Source: Paracoccaceae bacterium (GTDB lineage: Bacteria; Pseudomonadota; Alphaproteobacteria; Rhodobacterales; Rhodobacteraceae). Taken from it: a stretch of 45,432 nt of DNA. The stretch covers positions 1 through 45,432 of the forward strand of contig JBBKVJ010000142.1 in assembly GCA_037968375.1 (NCBI GenBank). The letters run 5' to 3'. Shown here piece after piece: positions 9,988 through 19,679 of the stretch. A model generated the notes under the pieces. The model had not been told where the DNA came from, made no database searches, and saw nothing but the letters and a program-made list of their open reading frames with translations. The position numbers and the translations under genes are program-made. The first letter of the stretch is position 1. Each line of letters opens with the position of its first letter.

Positions 9988-10884
9988 CTATGTCTGAGGC
10001 GCCTTCCCGGGCAGCGGCGGTTTTGTCCGCCGCGACCTGAGGACCGACCATTTCTTCTTGCGCGCGGTCATCTCGGCATTGATCGCGCCGCCCAGCAGCA
10101 CCGCCCAGACCGACAGATATAGCCACATCAACAGCGCCGCCACCGCGCCGATCGAGCCATAGATCCGGTTGTAGCTGTCGAAATTCGCCAGATAGGTGGA
10201 AAACGCGAAACTGACCGCCGACCACGACAGCGTCGCCACCACCACGCCGACGCTGACCCAGGGGCGACCCGCCTCGTGCGACAGGTTTGGGCCGAACCGG
10301 TAGAGAATCGACAGACAGGTGAACACCAACAGCGTCATCGCGACCCAGGGCAGGACTGACAGCAGCCACGCCTCAACCGGGCCAAGCGTCAGGTAGCCGA
10401 GGATCAGCGGCACCGCGACCACCGTCGTCAGCCCAACGAACAGCGCCAGGATCAGCGCGAAGGTCAGCACCACATCGACGCCCCAGCCCCAAAGCAGCCC
10501 GCGTGGCGTGCTGCGGTTGACCACATCCAGCCCCTGGATCAGCGCAGAAACCCCGGCCCGGACGGCGTAAAGCGCGATCAGCGTTGATACCAGCGTCGCC
10601 CAACCAAGCGTTGCGCCGGACGTCGACAGCAGGCCGATCACCTGATCGCGGACCAGCTGAGCCGCACCAGGCGGCAGAAACTGCTCGCCGACCTCCAGAT
10701 ATTCGGTGATGACCACCGGGTCAGATACCAGGCTCCAGATCGCGATGCTGGCGGCAAGGCCGGGAAACACCGCGAACATCGCGTAGAACGCCACGCCCGC
10801 CGCCAAGAGGCCGAAATGTCCCTCGCCGACGCGCGACCAGACGGCGGCAAGAAAATTCCAGAAGCGTCGAAGCGATTTCTGCAT
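9988..10884 (-). CDS. YihY/BrkB family inner-membrane protein
   Basis: The ATG at 10884 gives MQKSLRRFWNFLAAVWSRVGEGHFGLLAAGVAFYAMFAVFP..., a typical YihY N-terminus. The protein has multiple TM helices and is 298 aa. Confidence 0.85.
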   Translation of the reverse strand: MQKSLRRFWNFLAAVWSRVGEGHFGLLAAGVAFYAMFAVFPGLAASIAIWSLVSDPVVITEYLEVGEQFLPPGAAQLVRDQVIGLLSTSGATLGWATLVSTLIALYAVRAGVSALIQGLDVVNRSTPRGLLWGWGVDVVLTFALILALFVGLTTVVAVPLILGYLTLGPVEAWLLSVLPWVAMTLLVFTCLSILYRFGPNLSHEAGRPWVSVGVVVATLSWSAVSFAFSTYLANFDSYNRIYGSIGAVAALLMWLYLSVWAVLLGGAINAEMTARKKKWSVLRSRRTKPPLPGKAPQT

Positions 10885-10967
10885 GGCGCCGACCTTGCCC
10901 TGCGCCCGGCCCCAGTGCAACGTGCGGCCCGTCGTCGACCCCATAATTACGCAAGCCGGAGACTGCC

Positions 10968-11999
10968 ATGACCTATACCCCCGCCGAGGACCGCTATTCC
11001 CGCATGACCTATCGCCGCTGCGGCGGGTCCGGGGTCAGGCTGCCCGCAATTTCGCTGGGCCTCTGGCACAACTTTGGCCACGATACGCCGCATCAGACCA
11101 AGCGTGAGCTGTGCCGCACCGCCTTTGACGGCGGCATCACGCATTTCGACCTGGCCAACAATTACGGCCCGCCGCCGGGCAGCGCCGAAGCCGTGGTCGG
11201 GGAAATCCTGCGAACCGATTTGCGCGGCTACCGCGACGAGCTGATCATTTCATCCAAGGCCGGCTATCTGATGTGGCCGGGGCCATACGGCGAGATGGGC
11301 AGCCGGAAATATCTGATTGCCTCGTGCGATGCCTCGCTGAAACGGCTGGGCCTTGATTACGTCGACATCTTCTATTCGCACCGCTTCGATCCCGACACGC
11401 CGCTGGAGGAAACGATGGGCGCGCTGGATCACATCGTGCGCTCGGGCAGGGCACTTTATGCGGGCATTTCCAGCTACAATTCAGAACGCACCAAACAGGC
11501 GGTGGCGATCCTGAAAGACCTCGGCACGCCCTGCCTGATCCATCAGCCCAGCTACAACATCCTGAACCGCTGGGTCGAACGTGACGGGCTGAAGGCGACA
11601 CTGACCGATCTGGGCATCGGCTCGATCGCGTTCACGCCGCTGGCGCAGGGCATCCTGACCGGCAAATACCTGAACGGCATCCCCGAAGGCAGCCGTGCGG
11701 CGCAGGGCAAAAGCCTGAACCCCGCCACGATCACCGACCGGGCGCTGGCCTCGGTCAAGGCGCTGGGCGACATCGCCGAGGCGCGCGGTCAGACGCTGGC
11801 GCAGATGGCCATCGCCTGGGTACTGCGCGACGGCGGCATCACCACGGCCCTGATCGGCGCGTCGAAGCCCAGCCAGATCACGGATTGTTGCGGGGCTGTC
11901 GGAAATCTGGAGTTCACTAAGGCGGAACTGGATCAGATCGACCGCATTTCTTCCGAGGAAGATATCAACCTTTGGGCGCGGTCGAGCGAATCAGAGTGA
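10968..11999 (+). CDS. yghZ: Aldo/keto reductase, YghZ/Gpr-type (L-glyceraldehyde 3-phosphate reductase-like)
   Basis: 343 aa. It appears collinear with E. coli YghZ as I remember it (LSLGLWHNFGH, HFDLANNYGPPPGSAE, IHQPSYN, IAFTPLAQG..TGKYLNGIP, NLW..SS at the C-terminus). A GGAG Shine-Dalgarno lies upstream. Confidence 0.88.
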   Translation: MTYTPAEDRYSRMTYRRCGGSGVRLPAISLGLWHNFGHDTPHQTKRELCRTAFDGGITHFDLANNYGPPPGSAEAVVGEILRTDLRGYRDELIISSKAGYLMWPGPYGEMGSRKYLIASCDASLKRLGLDYVDIFYSHRFDPDTPLEETMGALDHIVRSGRALYAGISSYNSERTKQAVAILKDLGTPCLIHQPSYNILNRWVERDGLKATLTDLGIGSIAFTPLAQGILTGKYLNGIPEGSRAAQGKSLNPATITDRALASVKALGDIAEARGQTLAQMAIAWVLRDGGITTALIGASKPSQITDCCGAVGNLEFTKAELDQIDRISSEEDINLWARSSESE

Positions 12000-12063
12000 T
12001 TGGCTTTCGCGCGAAGGATAGTCTAACGCTGTGATGTAACGATTCCAGTCTGGGGGCAGGCGA

Positions 12064-13860
12064 TTGGCGAGGCTTTCACGGCCAGCAAGGCGAGCGGTTT
12101 GCGCGGTTTTTGCCGCGTTTCTTGTCGTTGCCCCGGTAAGTTCGCAGGAGGCGGCGCTGACTGCCCCCGGCGCGTCCGAAGATCTGACCGAAATCCTGCG
12201 CGCCGCCTCGCTGGTTCTGTCGACACTCGGCGAAGGCCAGGTGCCGGTGACCGATGTGATGGCTGCGGCGCGCGCCGATTACGGACGGCTTCTGGGGCGG
12301 CTTTATGCCGAGGGGCATTATTCCGGCGTCATCACGATCAAGGTCGACGGACGCGAGGCGGCGACGATCCCGGTGCTGGAGGATCCGACCCGCATAGGGC
12401 GCGTCGACATTACCGTGCAGCCCGGCCCGCAGTTCCGCTTTTCCCGCGCCGAGATCACGCCGCTGGCACCGGGCACCGAACTGCCACCCGAGTTCGCGGT
12501 GGGCGAACCGGCGCCGTCCGACGTGATCGCCGATGCCGTGGGCGCCGCCGTCGATGGCTGGCGCGATATTGGTCACGCCAAGGCCGAAGCCTCGGGTCAG
12601 GATATCACCGCCAACCACGCCGCAGCCCTTCTGTCCGCCCGGGATCAAGTCTGACCCGGGCGTCGCCTGCGCTTCGGGCGACTGGACATCACCGGCAACC
12701 AGCGGGTCCGCACCGAGAGGGTGCGCGCCATCGCGGGCCTGCCCGAGGGCGAGGTGTTTTCGCCCGAAGACCTGCGCCGCAGCGCCGAACGTCTGCGCCG
12801 GTCGGGCGCGTTCCGGTCGGTCACGCTGAGCGAGGCCGACGACGCTGGCCCCGGCGATCTGATCGGCATCACCGCACTGGTCGAAGAGGAAAAGCCCCGC
12901 CGTTTGGGCTTTGGCGCCGAGGTGTCCACCACCGAGGGCCTGATGGTCTCGGGCTTCTGGCTGCACCGCAATCTGCTGGGTGGGGCCGAACGCCTGCGCC
13001 TCGAGGCCGAGGTTGCCGGGATCGGCGGCATGACAGGCGGCGAGGATTACCGCGTCTCGGCCAGCTTTTCGCGCCCCGCCACCTTTACCCCCGACACCTC
13101 GCTGACCTTCGATATTCTGGCCGAACAAAGGTTCGAGCCGGACTTCGATCTGACCGCGTTCCAGATCGGCGGCGGATTGGCGCATATATTTTCCGACACG
13201 CTGTCGGGTGCGGTGTCGCTGAACTATCGCCAGTCGCGGGTCGAGGATGTGGCGGGCACGACGGATTTCCAGACCGTGGAATTGCCGGTCTCGCTGACCT
13301 GGGACACGCGCGACGACCGGCTGAACCCGACCACGGGCTTTTACATCGATGCCGAGGCGATGCCGTTCCTGGGCCTTGAGACAACCGGATCGGGCGCGCG
13401 TCTGACCGCCGATGCGCGGGCTTATCGCGGCTTTGGCAGTGACGACCGGTTCGTCGCGGCGGCGCGGGTGCAGATCGGTGCCATCGTCGGCCCGACGCTG
13501 GAGGAAACGCCGCGCGATTACCTGTTTTATTCCGGCGGTGGCGGCACCGTGCGCGGCCAGGAATACCAATCGCTGGGGGTCACGGCGCTGCCCGGCGGCG
13601 TGCGTTCTGGCGGGCAGCAGTTTCTGGGCGTTCAGGCCGAATTGCGCGCCCGTGTCACCGAAAAGATCGGCGTCGTGGCGTTTTACGATTGGGGTTATGT
13701 CGCCACCAACGAGGGCGATTTTGACGGCAGCCATGCCGGTGCCGGCCTCGGGTTGCGCTACGATACCGTGATCGGCCCGATCCGTCTGGATGTCGCTGCT
13801 CCGGTATCGGGCGACGGTGATGGCGTGCAGATCTACATCGGTATCGGACAGGCGTTTTGA
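12064..13860 (+). pseudogene. tamA: Outer-membrane Omp85-family translocation/assembly protein TamA, reading frame interrupted by an in-frame TGA at 12652-12654
   Basis: ORFs 12064..12654 and 12721..13860 are in the same frame. Reading through gives ...ANHAAALLSARDQV*PGRRLRFGRLDITGNQRVRTERVRAIAGLPEGEVF.... POTRA-like repeats therefore continue across the stop into the surface-antigen beta-barrel (C-terminus ...IYIGIGQAF). There is a signal peptide at the TTG start, and tamB follows with a TTGA overlap. Confidence 0.85.
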
Positions 13861-16800
13861 GGGCGCTTCGCTCCATATGCCTTGCCGCAGGACTGTTGCT
13901 GGCGCCCGCCGCTTTCGCCCAGGACACGTCCGAGGCTGACCGCGGTTTTCTGACCGAGTTCATCGAAGAGAAAATCTCGGGCGTTGGCCGCGAGGTGCGG
14001 ATCGTCGGCTTTGACGGCGCGCTGTCGTCGCGCGCGACCTTCGACGAGATGACCATCGCCGATGCGCAGGGCGTCTGGCTGACAATCCGTGACGGCGCGA
14101 TCCAGTGGAACCGTTCGGCGCTGATCCGCGGCCGGGTCGAGGTCGGCGAATTGTCCGCCGCCGAGATCGAGGTGGCGCGCCTGCCGACCACCGAGACCGC
14201 CGGTCTGCCCGATGTCGCGGCCCCGGCATTCCGTATTCCCGATCTGCCGGTCTCGATCGAGATCGGCACGATCCGGGCCGAACGCACGATCCTGGGCGCG
14301 CCGCTTTTGGGCGATGAGATCGTGCTGTCGCTGGATGGCACCCTGTCGATTGCCGATGGCGAAGGCTCGGCCAAGCTGGCGGTCGAGCGGGTCGATGGCA
14401 CGCGCGGCAGCCTGACGCTGGACGCGGCTTTCGTGAACGCGACCGAAACGCTGACCATCGACCTGGCGCTAAGCGAGCCCGAAGGCGGCATCGCGGCAAA
14501 GCTGTTGAACCTGCCCGGACAACCGGCGATGGACCTGGCTATCGAGGGCAACGGCCCGCTGTCGGATTTCACCGCGCAGGTGGCCCTTTCCTCGGACGGC
14601 GAAGACCGTCTGACCGGCCAGATCGCGCTGCGCGAGACGCCGCAGCCGCAAGCAGACCCCACGACCGCACCGCTGCCGCCCGAGCGCAGCTTTCTGGTCG
14701 ATCTGTCCGGCGACCTTGCGCCGCTGTTCTTGCCTGAATACCGCGACTTCTTTGGGCCTGATGTGCGGCTTGTGGCGCGCGGCGTCCGCACATCCGAGGG
14801 CCGCACCCGGCTTGAGGAATTCAAGGTTGAGGCGGCGGCGCTGACGCTGGACGGCACGCTGGTCTTGGCCCCAGACGGTCTGCCCGAGGCGTTTTCCTTT
14901 ACCGGCGAGATTGCAGCGCCGGACGGCTCGCCGGTCACCTTGCCGATGAAAGCGCCGCCGACCCGGATCAGTCAGGCCTCGTTGCAACTGACCTTCGATG
15001 CGGAAAAGGGCGATGCCTGGTCAGGCTCGATCGCGATGCGGGATTTCGAGCGCGCGGGCGACAAGATCGGTCTCGTCGCCATCGCCGCAGGCGGTGAGAT
15101 CATCCGCGAGACCACGCCCGGCGCCGGCAACGCCTTGACCGCGCGGGCAAATATCGAGGCGCGGCAGATCGTGCTGGCCAACCCCGCCCTAGATCAGGCT
15201 ATCGGGCGCAAGCTGGACGCCGTCGCCGACGTGCGCTGGCGCGAGGGCGAGCCGGTTCAGATGACCAACCTCGTGGCCGAGACCGAGACGGCGCGGCTGA
15301 CGGCGACAGCGACGCTTGGCGCCTTCGCCGAAGGTCTGCCACTGACGATCAAAGGCTCGGCCAACCTGGACGATCTTTCGGTCTTCTCGGCCCTTGCCAA
15401 CCGGCCGTTGGGCGGCCGTCTGGTGCTGGCGCTGAACGGCACCTCGACATTGCTTGACGCCCGGTTCGATCTGCGTGCCGGGGGTGCCGGGCGTGATCTT
15501 GCCGTCGGCATCGACATCCTCGACGGAATCATTGCCGGGCAGTCGCGCCTGAAGATCGACGCCCGGCGCGATGAGGCCGGTATCACGCTGCGCGAATTCG
15601 AGGTGCTCACCGACGTCTCGCGCATCGCCGCTGCGGGTGTGGTGCAGGCCGGGAAGACCTATCTGACCGCGTCGGCGCGGCTTGAAGACGTCAGCATCGC
15701 GTTGCCGCAACTGTCCGGCCCGGCGAACCTGAGCGCCGAAATTCGCGAGTCGTCACTTGGCGTCTACGACGTGAAGGCGACGGGCGAGGGGCCGGGGCAG
15801 GCGATCCTGGCCTTCGACGGGACCTTGCGCGAAGCGGTGGACGGCGCGCTGACAGCTGGCGGCAAGCTGAACGCCGAGATCGGATCGCTGGCCGCCTACG
15901 CCAAGCTGGCCGGGCAGGATATCGGCGGCGCGGTGACGCTGGAGGCCACCGGGAATGCGGCGCTGAACGATGGCGATTTCGACCTGACGCTGGCCTTGAA
16001 CGGTGAAAACCTGACCACCGGGCAGGAGATTCTCGACAACGTGCTGCGCGGACGGGCGCGGGTGACCGCCGATGTCGCTCGCGCGGGCGAGGCGATCACG
16101 CTGCGCGAGTTCCGGATCACCACCGAAACCGCGCGCGCCTCGGCGACCGGGCAACTTCTGGCGGGGGCAACCCGGCTGGATGCAACCGCCGAGCTGATCG
16201 ATACCAGTCTTGTTGTTCCCGGCCTGAGCGGCCCGCTTGCGGTCACTGCCGAGGTCAGCGAAACCGCGCCACAACTGTACGCCGTCACTGCCTCGGGCAC
16301 CGGGCCGGGATCGGCCAATGCGCGCATTGATGGCAGCGTTCGCTACGATCCGGAAGGTGAACGCAGCGCCGAAGGCCGCCTGACCGCGCGGGTCACCTCG
16401 TTGTCGCCCTATTCGCAACTGGCCGGTCAGTCGCTTGGCGGGTCGGCGGCGCTCGAGGCGTCAGGCATGGCGGTGCTGGGTGGCGATTTCAACCTCGACC
16501 TGGATTTGAGTGCCCAGAACCTGACGACGGGCGATCCGACGCTGAACAAGCTGTTGCGCGGCACCGCCCGGCTTGAGGCGGATGCTCAGCGTGTCGGCGA
16601 GGTCACCACGATCCGCACCTTCCGCCTGACCTCGCCGGAACTGACCGCCGATCTGACCGGCACGCTGGGCCGCGTCGAAGGCCGGATCGTGGGCGATGCG
16701 CGGTTGCGGAACCTGGCCATCTTTGCCCCCGATTTCCCCGGGCCGTTGAACGCGACGGGCGTTCTCAGCCGGGGCACCGACGGCAGTTGGGCCACCGATA

Positions 16801-18173
16801 TCACCGCCACCGGGCCGGGCAATACAAGGGTCGCGATCGAGGGCAGCGCCGGGCCAATGGGCAAGGTCGTCGATCTTGATATCACCGGCGAGGCGCCGGT
16901 GGGTCTGGCCAACGCCACCATCGCGCCGCGCGCGGTGCAGGGCCGGGCCAGCTTTGATCTGGCGATGCGCGGGCCGTTGGCCCTGTCCTCGCTGTCGGGT
17001 CGGGTCACCACGTCTGGCGCGCGTCTGGTCGCGCCGACCTATGGCATCGCCCTGGGAAATATCGGCGGCACCCTCACTCTGTCCGACGGTCGCGCCAGCG
17101 TCGATCTGGCCGGTGTGGTCGACAGTGGCGGCGGGCTGACGGTATCGGGCTCGCTCGGGCTGGCGGCGCCGAACGCTGCTGACCTGAGGATCGGGCTGGC
17201 GAACGTGGTTTTCGTCAAACCGGATCTCTTCAAGACCGATGTGAGCGGCGCGATTTCGGTGACCGGGCCCTTGGCCGGAGGCGGTCTTGTGGCCGGTGTG
17301 CTGAACCTCGGCGAGACCGAGGTTCGGATCGCGGCGACCGGCCTTGGCACCGGCGACGATATTCCCGGCCTGCGGCATCTGAACGATTCAAGGGCGGTCG
17401 AGCTGACCCGGATTCGCGCCGGCATCGACGAAGGGGGCGGGTATGGTGCCTCGGACGGCGGCGGTGGCGATCGCCGACCGATGGCGCTTGACCTGGTGAT
17501 CCGCGCGCCGACGCGCATCTTTGTGCGCGGCCGCGGTCTGGATGCCGAGTTCGGCGGCCAGTTGCGCCTGGGCGGCACGACATCGGATGTGGTGCCGCAG
17601 GGCCAGTTCGACCTGATCCGGGGGCGACTGGATATCCTTGGGCGGCGGCTGGCGCTGGACGAGGGGCTGGTCCGGCTGCAGGGCTCGTTCGATCCTTATA
17701 TCCGCATCGTGGCCACCACCGAAGCGGAAGACATCACCGTGCGGATCGCCCTTGAGGGCTTTGTGTCCGACCCCGAAATCAGCATTTCAAGCCAGCCCGA
17801 ACTGCCCGAGGACGAGGTGCTGGCGCGGCTTTTCTTCGGCAAGGGCCTGTCGGAACTGTCGCCGGTTCAGGCGATCCGTCTGGCCTCGGCGGTTGCCGAA
17901 CTGGCGGGCCGGGGCGGCGGCGGCATCGTGAACCGCCTGCGCGAGAATTTCGGGCTGGACGATCTGGACGTGACCACCGATGCCGAGGGCAATGCGGCGG
18001 TCCGCGCCGGGCGCTATGTTTCGGAAAACGTCTACACCGAGGTCACTGTGGGCTCTGAAGGCAAGGCTGACATCTCGATCAACCTTGATCTGTCGCGGTC
18101 GCTGACCGTGAAAGGCAGCGTCGATTCGGACGGCGATACCTCGCTCGGGATTTTCTTCGAACGGGATTACTAG
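13857..18173 (+). CDS. tamB: Translocation and assembly module protein TamB (DUF490 C-terminal domain)
   Basis: 1438 aa, with an N-terminal signal/anchor MRALRSICLAAGLLLAPAAFA. It is long and beta-rich with internal repeats of about 170 aa. The DUF490-type C-terminus reads ...LTVKGSVDSDGDTSLGIFFERDY. The start codon (TTG at 13857) is uncertain. Confidence 0.88.
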   Translation: MRALRSICLAAGLLLAPAAFAQDTSEADRGFLTEFIEEKISGVGREVRIVGFDGALSSRATFDEMTIADAQGVWLTIRDGAIQWNRSALIRGRVEVGELSAAEIEVARLPTTETAGLPDVAAPAFRIPDLPVSIEIGTIRAERTILGAPLLGDEIVLSLDGTLSIADGEGSAKLAVERVDGTRGSLTLDAAFVNATETLTIDLALSEPEGGIAAKLLNLPGQPAMDLAIEGNGPLSDFTAQVALSSDGEDRLTGQIALRETPQPQADPTTAPLPPERSFLVDLSGDLAPLFLPEYRDFFGPDVRLVARGVRTSEGRTRLEEFKVEAAALTLDGTLVLAPDGLPEAFSFTGEIAAPDGSPVTLPMKAPPTRISQASLQLTFDAEKGDAWSGSIAMRDFERAGDKIGLVAIAAGGEIIRETTPGAGNALTARANIEARQIVLANPALDQAIGRKLDAVADVRWREGEPVQMTNLVAETETARLTATATLGAFAEGLPLTIKGSANLDDLSVFSALANRPLGGRLVLALNGTSTLLDARFDLRAGGAGRDLAVGIDILDGIIAGQSRLKIDARRDEAGITLREFEVLTDVSRIAAAGVVQAGKTYLTASARLEDVSIALPQLSGPANLSAEIRESSLGVYDVKATGEGPGQAILAFDGTLREAVDGALTAGGKLNAEIGSLAAYAKLAGQDIGGAVTLEATGNAALNDGDFDLTLALNGENLTTGQEILDNVLRGRARVTADVARAGEAITLREFRITTETARASATGQLLAGATRLDATAELIDTSLVVPGLSGPLAVTAEVSETAPQLYAVTASGTGPGSANARIDGSVRYDPEGERSAEGRLTARVTSLSPYSQLAGQSLGGSAALEASGMAVLGGDFNLDLDLSAQNLTTGDPTLNKLLRGTARLEADAQRVGEVTTIRTFRLTSPELTADLTGTLGRVEGRIVGDARLRNLAIFAPDFPGPLNATGVLSRGTDGSWATDITATGPGNTRVAIEGSAGPMGKVVDLDITGEAPVGLANATIAPRAVQGRASFDLAMRGPLALSSLSGRVTTSGARLVAPTYGIALGNIGGTLTLSDGRASVDLAGVVDSGGGLTVSGSLGLAAPNAADLRIGLANVVFVKPDLFKTDVSGAISVTGPLAGGGLVAGVLNLGETEVRIAATGLGTGDDIPGLRHLNDSRAVELTRIRAGIDEGGGYGASDGGGGDRRPMALDLVIRAPTRIFVRGRGLDAEFGGQLRLGGTTSDVVPQGQFDLIRGRLDILGRRLALDEGLVRLQGSFDPYIRIVATTEAEDITVRIALEGFVSDPEISISSQPELPEDEVLARLFFGKGLSELSPVQAIRLASAVAELAGRGGGGIVNRLRENFGLDDLDVTTDAEGNAAVRAGRYVSENVYTEVTVGSEGKADISINLDLSRSLTVKGSVDSDGDTSLGIFFERDY

Positions 18174-18176
18174 GCG

Positions 18177-19493
18177 ATGCGGCATCTGTTCGCAGCATTC
18201 GCGCTGCTTGCGGCGCCTGCCCTTGCCGCCGATCTGCCGCGCGCTGTCACCGATGCTGACTACCGCCCGGTCCGGATCGCCGAGGCCAGGCTGGGCCAAT
18301 TGCTGTTCTGGGACCCGATCCTGTCGGGCAATCGCAACATCTCGTGCGGCACCTGTCATCATCCGCGCTTTGGCACGTCGGACGGCCTGTCGCTGGGCAT
18401 AGGCGAGGGCGGCCTCGGCCTTGGGCCGGATCGCAAGGCCGATGCCGCAAACCTGCCGGAACGGCGCATCACCCGGAACGCGACCGCGCTTTTCAACCTC
18501 GGTGCGCATGAGTTCACGGTGATGTTCCACGATGGCCGGATTGAGGCCGATCCTGCCCGACCTTCGGGCCTCCGGACCCCGATGGAGGACGAGATGGTGG
18601 CGGGCTTCGCCTCGCTCCTGTCGGCGCAGACAATGTTTCCGGTGTTGTCGTCAGATGAAATGGCCGGGCATTACTCCGAGAACGAGGTGTCGCGCGCGGT
18701 TCGTCAGGGCCTGATCACCGGTGATGGCGGCGCCTGGGCCCTGATCGCGGCGCGGGTCGCGGGTATCGCCGAATATCACCAGATGTTCGACGCCACCTAT
18801 CCCGAGATCGTCGCTGGCCGCCCGCTTGCCTTCACCGACATCTCGAACGCCATCGCCTCCTTCGTCGAACACGAATGGCGCGCCGATGCGGCGCCGTTCG
18901 ATGCCTATCTGCGTGGCGAGGCCCGCCTTGCCCCTGATGCGGACGCGGGCATGGCGTTGTTCTACGGCGATGCGGGCTGTGCGACCTGCCATGCCGGCCC
19001 GTTCCAGACCGACCACGGCTTTCACGCGATGGGTACGCCGCAGATCGGCCCCGGCAAGGCCGAGCGGTTCGAGGCGCATGCCCGCGATACCGGCCGGATG
19101 CGGGTGACGGGCCGCGCGCAGGACGCCTATGCGTTCCGCACGCCGTCGCTGCGCAATGTTCTGGCGACTGGTCCCTGGGGCCATGCGGGCGGGCACTCCG
19201 ATCTCGCGGCCTTCCTGCGCCATCATGCCGATCCGGTTGCCGGGCTGACGGCGTATCAGCCGCAGGCCGTTCTGTCGGAGTTCATGGCCGCCAAGCCCGA
19301 TTTCGCGATACTGGATGACGCGTCTGAACGCGATGCGATCAGCGCATCGGTGACGCTGGCGCCGGTGAAGCTGAGCGAAGGCGAGATCGGTCAGCTTATG
19401 GCCTTTCTCGCCACCCTGACCGATCAGGCGGCAATCGACGGGCGGCTTGGTATTCCAACAAGCGTTCCAAGCGGGCTATCGGTGGATCGTTGA
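18177..19493 (+). CDS. Di-haem cytochrome c peroxidase family protein (CCP/MauG-like)
   Basis: 438 aa with a signal peptide. It has two CxxCH haem-binding motifs (CGTCHH, CATCHAG) and the PSLRNV motif typical of the family. Confidence 0.85.
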   Translation: MRHLFAAFALLAAPALAADLPRAVTDADYRPVRIAEARLGQLLFWDPILSGNRNISCGTCHHPRFGTSDGLSLGIGEGGLGLGPDRKADAANLPERRITRNATALFNLGAHEFTVMFHDGRIEADPARPSGLRTPMEDEMVAGFASLLSAQTMFPVLSSDEMAGHYSENEVSRAVRQGLITGDGGAWALIAARVAGIAEYHQMFDATYPEIVAGRPLAFTDISNAIASFVEHEWRADAAPFDAYLRGEARLAPDADAGMALFYGDAGCATCHAGPFQTDHGFHAMGTPQIGPGKAERFEAHARDTGRMRVTGRAQDAYAFRTPSLRNVLATGPWGHAGGHSDLAAFLRHHADPVAGLTAYQPQAVLSEFMAAKPDFAILDDASERDAISASVTLAPVKLSEGEIGQLMAFLATLTDQAAIDGRLGIPTSVPSGLSVDR

Positions 19494-19603
19494 CGCGCCG
19501 TTGGGCCCCCGCCCGAACCAAGCACGCCGCCCGGAATCAAGGCCCGGTACTGGCCGCCGCTAGGGTGACGTTAGTGTGGCGATTGAAGTAGGGCGGGGTT
19601 TGG

Positions 19604-19670
19604 CCATAAAGCGGCGACCAATTGCGTTGCTGCGGCAGCCCGCGGTCAGTCGCTGCCCTCAGTTGCGCCC
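19604..19670. repeat. Intergenic repeat element, copy A (partner at 28497-28564)
   Basis: CCATAAAGCGGCGACCAATTGCGTTGCTGCGGCAGCCCGCGGTCAGTCGCTGCCCTCAGTTGCGCCC is about four-fifths identical by eye to copy B. It ends 9 nt from the pncB stop codon. Confidence 0.75.
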
Positions 19671-19679
19671 TTGAACGCG

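Noticed and set aside
12652-12654. TGA in tamA as selenocysteine, or the three stops as stop-codon reassignment
   Set aside because: TamA has no redox-active Cys/Sec position here, and no SECIS-like hairpin directly follows. All three stop types also serve as normal terminators for the other ~45 genes, so reassignment is untenable.
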